Assembly: GCA_030167865.1 (NCBI GenBank)
Contig: JALAGF010002523.1
Coordinates: 1-48,646, forward strand
Length of the DNA stretch: 48,646 nt
Reading direction: 5' to 3'
From: Craspedostauros australis
Taxonomy: Eukaryota
In this document: one piece after another, positions 44,705-48,646 of the stretch
Layout of the letters: each line of letters starts with the position of its first letter
Numbering within the stretch: position 1 is the stretch's first letter
Notes under the pieces: generated by a model
What the model was told of the DNA's origin: nothing
The model's database searches: none
The model's input: only the letters and a program-made list of their open reading frames with translations
Program-made: the position numbers and the translations under genes

Positions 44705-45817
44705 TCACACACGCATTGCTCCGTGGGATGAATGGCGGGCAGCTCGCTGGTGCGTTTTCATCTTTGCTCGCTGGTTGCGTCTGAGAGTACGGAAACAGTT
44801 CTGGATCTTGCGGATGATGCATCGTGGCGACAATTCATCGTACTTTCCTGTGCTTTGATTCAGGCAAAGGAAGCGTCCACCACTGCTCACAACGATCTCC
44901 TTGACTTCTGCAATTATGCTCAGCTTCCTTGGTCTTGACATCCCACCACCGTAGTACGCAACAATTCTATTCTTGACTGCCCCAATGTAACGTCTGTATC
45001 CGATGGCAGTGCTGCATTTCGCACCCTTTCCACACAGGATGTCATAGTTGGTCACCTCGCTCTCTGTTATCCCAACGGTGCATTTGCGATGGGGAACATC
45101 GTGCGGCGCATTTGGTGTGTTGCAACCTGCGTGGTCGATGCAACGTTGGTTGCCATGAGAGGATGAAGTCATGGCAACGTTGGCGACGGTGGCTATGTCC
45201 TTCGTCCGTGCCATCGGGGCTGCTCGCACTGGTGGGAACGACGGAAATGTGACGTGCTGTTCAATTGTACTTTGATTTGGAGCAGCGTCGCTGTTCGGGC
45301 AGGTGATGTCGTCGCTTGCCTCTTCGTGTATGTGTGCGACTGCGGTTGCGTTCAGACTGGCGGCGTGATCTTGCTGACTGCATATCAGGGTCAGATAATC
45401 GAGTGGATCCACTATGCCTGAATCACATTCGTCTAACCATGGCTCGGCAACTTGCACAGGACTGTCGTGGGTGCTCCATCTGGCCGCGCCTTCGTGCAGG
45501 GGGCTTGCAAGGGAGATTGCACTTGAGAGCAAACTGCGGTCGTTTCTGTTGCCAAGGAACGTGCCGAAATGATTGGCAGTAGCCACAGTCTCGGTATTGA
45601 CGTGCTGGTTCCAGGTGCCCACAACATGATCGTTCAAATGGTACCGCTCGCCTGGTGCTTGCGGCTCGTTTGATCCACCCGAGAACATTTCCATCGTTTT
45701 CGCAAATGTTGGCCTCAACACGAGTACTTCGTTGGCTTTAATACCAGTGTACGAGTCGAGCAGGGTAAATGCAGATTGCTCCACTCTATTCATTTCGTTC
45801 GCGTGTTGGAAGAGCAT
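44705..45817 (-). CDS. DUF6824-like domain protein (start uncertain)
   Basis: C-terminal DILCGKG...GYRRY...K.SII.EV..IV...GGRFL.....Y.EL......KIQNCFR. Confidence 0.65.
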   Translation of the reverse strand: MLFQHANEMNRVEQSAFTLLDSYTGIKANEVLVLRPTFAKTMEMFSGGSNEPQAPGERYHLNDHVVGTWNQHVNTETVATANHFGTFLGNRNDRSLLSSAISLASPLHEGAARWSTHDSPVQVAEPWLDECDSGIVDPLDYLTLICSQQDHAASLNATAVAHIHEEASDDITCPNSDAAPNQSTIEQHVTFPSFPPVRAAPMARTKDIATVANVAMTSSSHGNQRCIDHAGCNTPNAPHDVPHRKCTVGITESEVTNYDILCGKGAKCSTAIGYRRYIGAVKNRIVAYYGGGMSRPRKLSIIAEVKEIVVSSGGRFLCLNQSTGKYDELSPRCIIRKIQNCFRTLRRNQRAKMKTHQRAARHSSHGAMRV

Positions 45818-46584
45818 GTCGAGATGCAAGAGGAGTATGAGGAGTAGTTGGATCTCATCTGATTTCAGCGTGGCCGTGTTGGCTTGAGACCAGCAAAAGG
45901 GACTGTGTATTTTCATCCAAAGCGATGATGACGGCCTCCTCATACGAGAACAGAGGCTTGCATGCTGAGGTCGCTCTTCATCGCTGATGTGTGTTTGGGG
46001 CTCCCGGCAACTACGATTGTTTCTCAATCAAAACTATAGTATTCCACGAATATCGTGAAGTCTGTAGAGGAGAGTCCGTGAGATGTTGGTCGCAGCCTCG
46101 GAGGTGGACCGATCTCTCGCTCTGTTCAGAGAGAGAAAGGAATCACCGACTCAATGTCGCGCAAGGAACATCAGCATCAACCGCAGAACCAGCGACCAAA
46201 GTGGGCGGAACCTTGATGCGTCAGTTCTCATGTCTGAGGGAACGGTCGCACAGGACTGCTTCGCAAGGCTGATGGAGTTGATGATGGCAGAGGCATGTTC
46301 GTCCCGAAGTTCTCAGGTGAATACACGTCGCCAAGTGATGTGCGAGCAAGTCTGTCTTGGGACGACTGGTGCAAGAGGAAATTTCTCATTCCAAGTCGTC
46401 TCGACAAGTTGCCAGCAGAGAGCAGAGGACGTATGTACGAGTAGAGTAGAACAGAGTCAAGTATGCATCTTTCTATCACTATTGTACGAGTGCTCTACCT
46501 TACGGACATGTCGGCCAAGCCGTCGCTCATCCTTGGGGTCTCTTGATTCCTTCCGATCTTGTTCCCTCAGGTAGTTCCCTTCTT

Positions 46585-47007
46585 TCATGCTGCTTCCGCA
46601 GATGGCTCATCCTTGGCCGCCTCTTGAAAGCAATTTGGAAGCGCACCATCGCCATGCACGTCGGTGAACCTTTCCTGGGTCTTGGCGCACTGGCGGTTCC
46701 GGTACTGAGGGGAATCGTCGGTGAGGCTGTGGCATTTCAGGCTGTTGCACAGCAAATCGCAGAGGAGCTCCTCAGTGCCGCTGTAGGCCACGGAGCAGTC
46801 GAAGTCACCTTCTCTGTAGCCAAGCGCACTGATCTTGCCTCCGTACCTTCCCTTCCGCTTGTCGCCGCCACCGTATTTGTTCGCAGTCTTCTTCGCACCG
46901 TATCTGTCACGGCGATTGCTTGGCCCGGCAGCGACGAAGGCGCCGTTCATGAAGGCTGCTGCCGCGAGGATGGCGAAGATGAGGATGCTGTCAATTTGTT
47001 TGTTCAT
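46585..47007 (-). CDS. Small secreted basic/Cys-rich protein (140 aa)
   Basis: Signal peptide (ILIFAILAAAAFMNGAFVAA), a basic region with three (R/K)YG motifs, and a six-Cys C-terminal domain. Confidence 0.6.
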   Translation of the reverse strand: MNKQIDSILIFAILAAAAFMNGAFVAAGPSNRRDRYGAKKTANKYGGGDKRKGRYGGKISALGYREGDFDCSVAYSGTEELLCDLLCNSLKCHSLTDDSPQYRNRQCAKTQERFTDVHGDGALPNCFQEAAKDEPSAEAA

Positions 47008-48646
47008 GGTTGAGAAGCGATGAAGAAGTGGGAGACGCGAAGATTAGATTGCGGTCGATGTGTTGTGGTCTGTTGCGGTTGACGGTTTACGTCGTCGGAG
47101 GTTGTTGATTTTATGACAATATGTGAATGTCAATTAAAGTCGATGTTGTGTACGAACATGTCGAGTACGAGCTTGTGTGCAGACCAGACGCACTGGAGAG
47201 CACGAAGGAACATGAGGCAGTGCCTTTGGCATTCATTGTGGTGAGGCGGAGTGTCGTCCTAATGCGTACTCACAAAGGATCCGGAGTTGGAAGAACTTCC
47301 TTGCTTTCCTCTTTGCGCGCATCAATCCTCTTCCTCCTTCTCCAGCGGTGAAGAAGCTGGAGGGTGAACGGAACCCCCTTGACAGGTCAGGCGCTGGGTG
47401 CTTCGCGTCGGGTTGCCGCAGTCGCCAGTGTTGTTGCTGTCTGCTATACTCTGTGCAGCATGGACACCTGGACATCTGCGCTCACAAGGTAGCGACCATC
47501 TTCCAGGGTTCTCGATTTGGACACAAAGCTGCTCTGTGAACTCACCGGCCGCCTTCATCTCGCCTCCAGGGCTGGAATGGCAGAACACGACCTATGAGCA
47601 GGTCGTTTGGGAGCTGCAATGTTCCGTGTAGAGCGGCGGGCGAAGGATGAAAGGAAGAATCTTCCGCTGCCTCCCGTTCGGCGGGTGCAGGCGCATACTT
47701 TGATGGACAGCTCGCACAATAGTTGGCGGAAGCTTCGCAGGACAGTCTCGCCGCTATTCATCGGTGCGCTTCCATTTGCCCCAGCATCACGGGGACTTGC
47801 ATCGTCAATGGTATCTTTGCAGGTCTGTGGCCTCCGCAGGCGATTGGCACGCAGCGGGCGTCCCATCGGACCTGGCAGAGGTCTTGGTGCGAGGTCAATC
47901 GTTTTGCTCTCGGCATCACTGTAGGGGAAACCACGTGCTCGGCGTTGAAGTTGTCGAGGAGACAAGGCTTGGGTGGCTGATGATGGTGGCGATAGTCGTG
48001 CGAAGTCGGATTTGGCGCTGGGATACTGCCCATCACATCATCGGCTCTCGCGTTTTCGGAGATGCAATCAGCCTTCCGAGCAGTCTTGCCGAGTGTCTGT
48101 TGTTGAAGTGGAAGCTGGTGACATTGGAATCAGTGCCAAAGCTGCCTAACCATCGGAATTGGTGGAGAGCCGGGCGGTTCTTCCTTCCTCGATCAGAGAC
48201 GAGGGGCATGGGAGTTGCTGTGGATGTTGCAAGTGTGTGAGGGGTGTGGGCGCTCTTCTCGTGTATGACCCAGGTGAGCGAGTGGACCAACCTTTGGTAA
48301 AGTAGAGTGGCACTTTTTCTTCGATTACAACCAAAATAAGCATACCATCCTACTCATTATAGTGTCCATAGCAACAGGAAAATTACCCAGAGCCTTGGAG
48401 TCCGTAGTTTAGGTTTTATGGACCTGTCAATGTGCGCTTTTTTGGACCACTCCTAAACTGAGCGATAGACATCCGACAAGTTCGATCCAAAATAACGTGT
48501 TNGTGTTCTTGGTTTTGGCGAATTTGTTCACATTTTGAATTAATTAGTCCTTATTTTGTTCATCCATTTTCGCCGCCAGTCTCCGTCTCATCCTCGTGCG
48601 AATCGCATCCCTCACTTCTTGCGGGACCATCTCTTCGTTCTCCGCG

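Noticed and set aside
47230-48290. Overlapping short ORFs, possible pseudogene or transposon relic
   Set aside because: No recognisable domain, and no RT, integrase or transposase motifs.

Overview
Gene-dense eukaryotic DNA, most likely from a diatom. Evidence: bipartite signal-peptide + Phe plastid presequences, DUF6824-like proteins, short GT-AG introns and microsatellite-rich intergenic DNA. About 18 protein genes are supported: a putative Zn-binding regulator, a GT47-like glycosyltransferase, a plastid membrane protein, inositol monophosphatase, a plasmepsin-V-like aspartic protease, a spliced type II membrane LRR protein with a Gly/Pro repeat tail, an ankyrin protein, a plastid-targeted tandem IsdG/ABM protein, a membrane-anchored FABP-like protein, tripeptidyl peptidase II, spliced GGTase-I beta, a ZIP transporter, a Prx5-type peroxiredoxin, a Cys-rich multi-pass membrane protein, a spliced metzincin, two DUF6824-like proteins and a small secreted Cys-rich protein. 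The top finding is that the peroxiredoxin, split in two by the ORF track, is one frame with an in-frame TGA exactly at the peroxidatic Cys (PGAFTPT-U-S). It is therefore probably a selenoprotein. It carries a signal peptide, and its highly structured 3' region contains a SECIS-like hairpin with an atypical apex. All family assignments are from motif recognition by eye; no searches were run.
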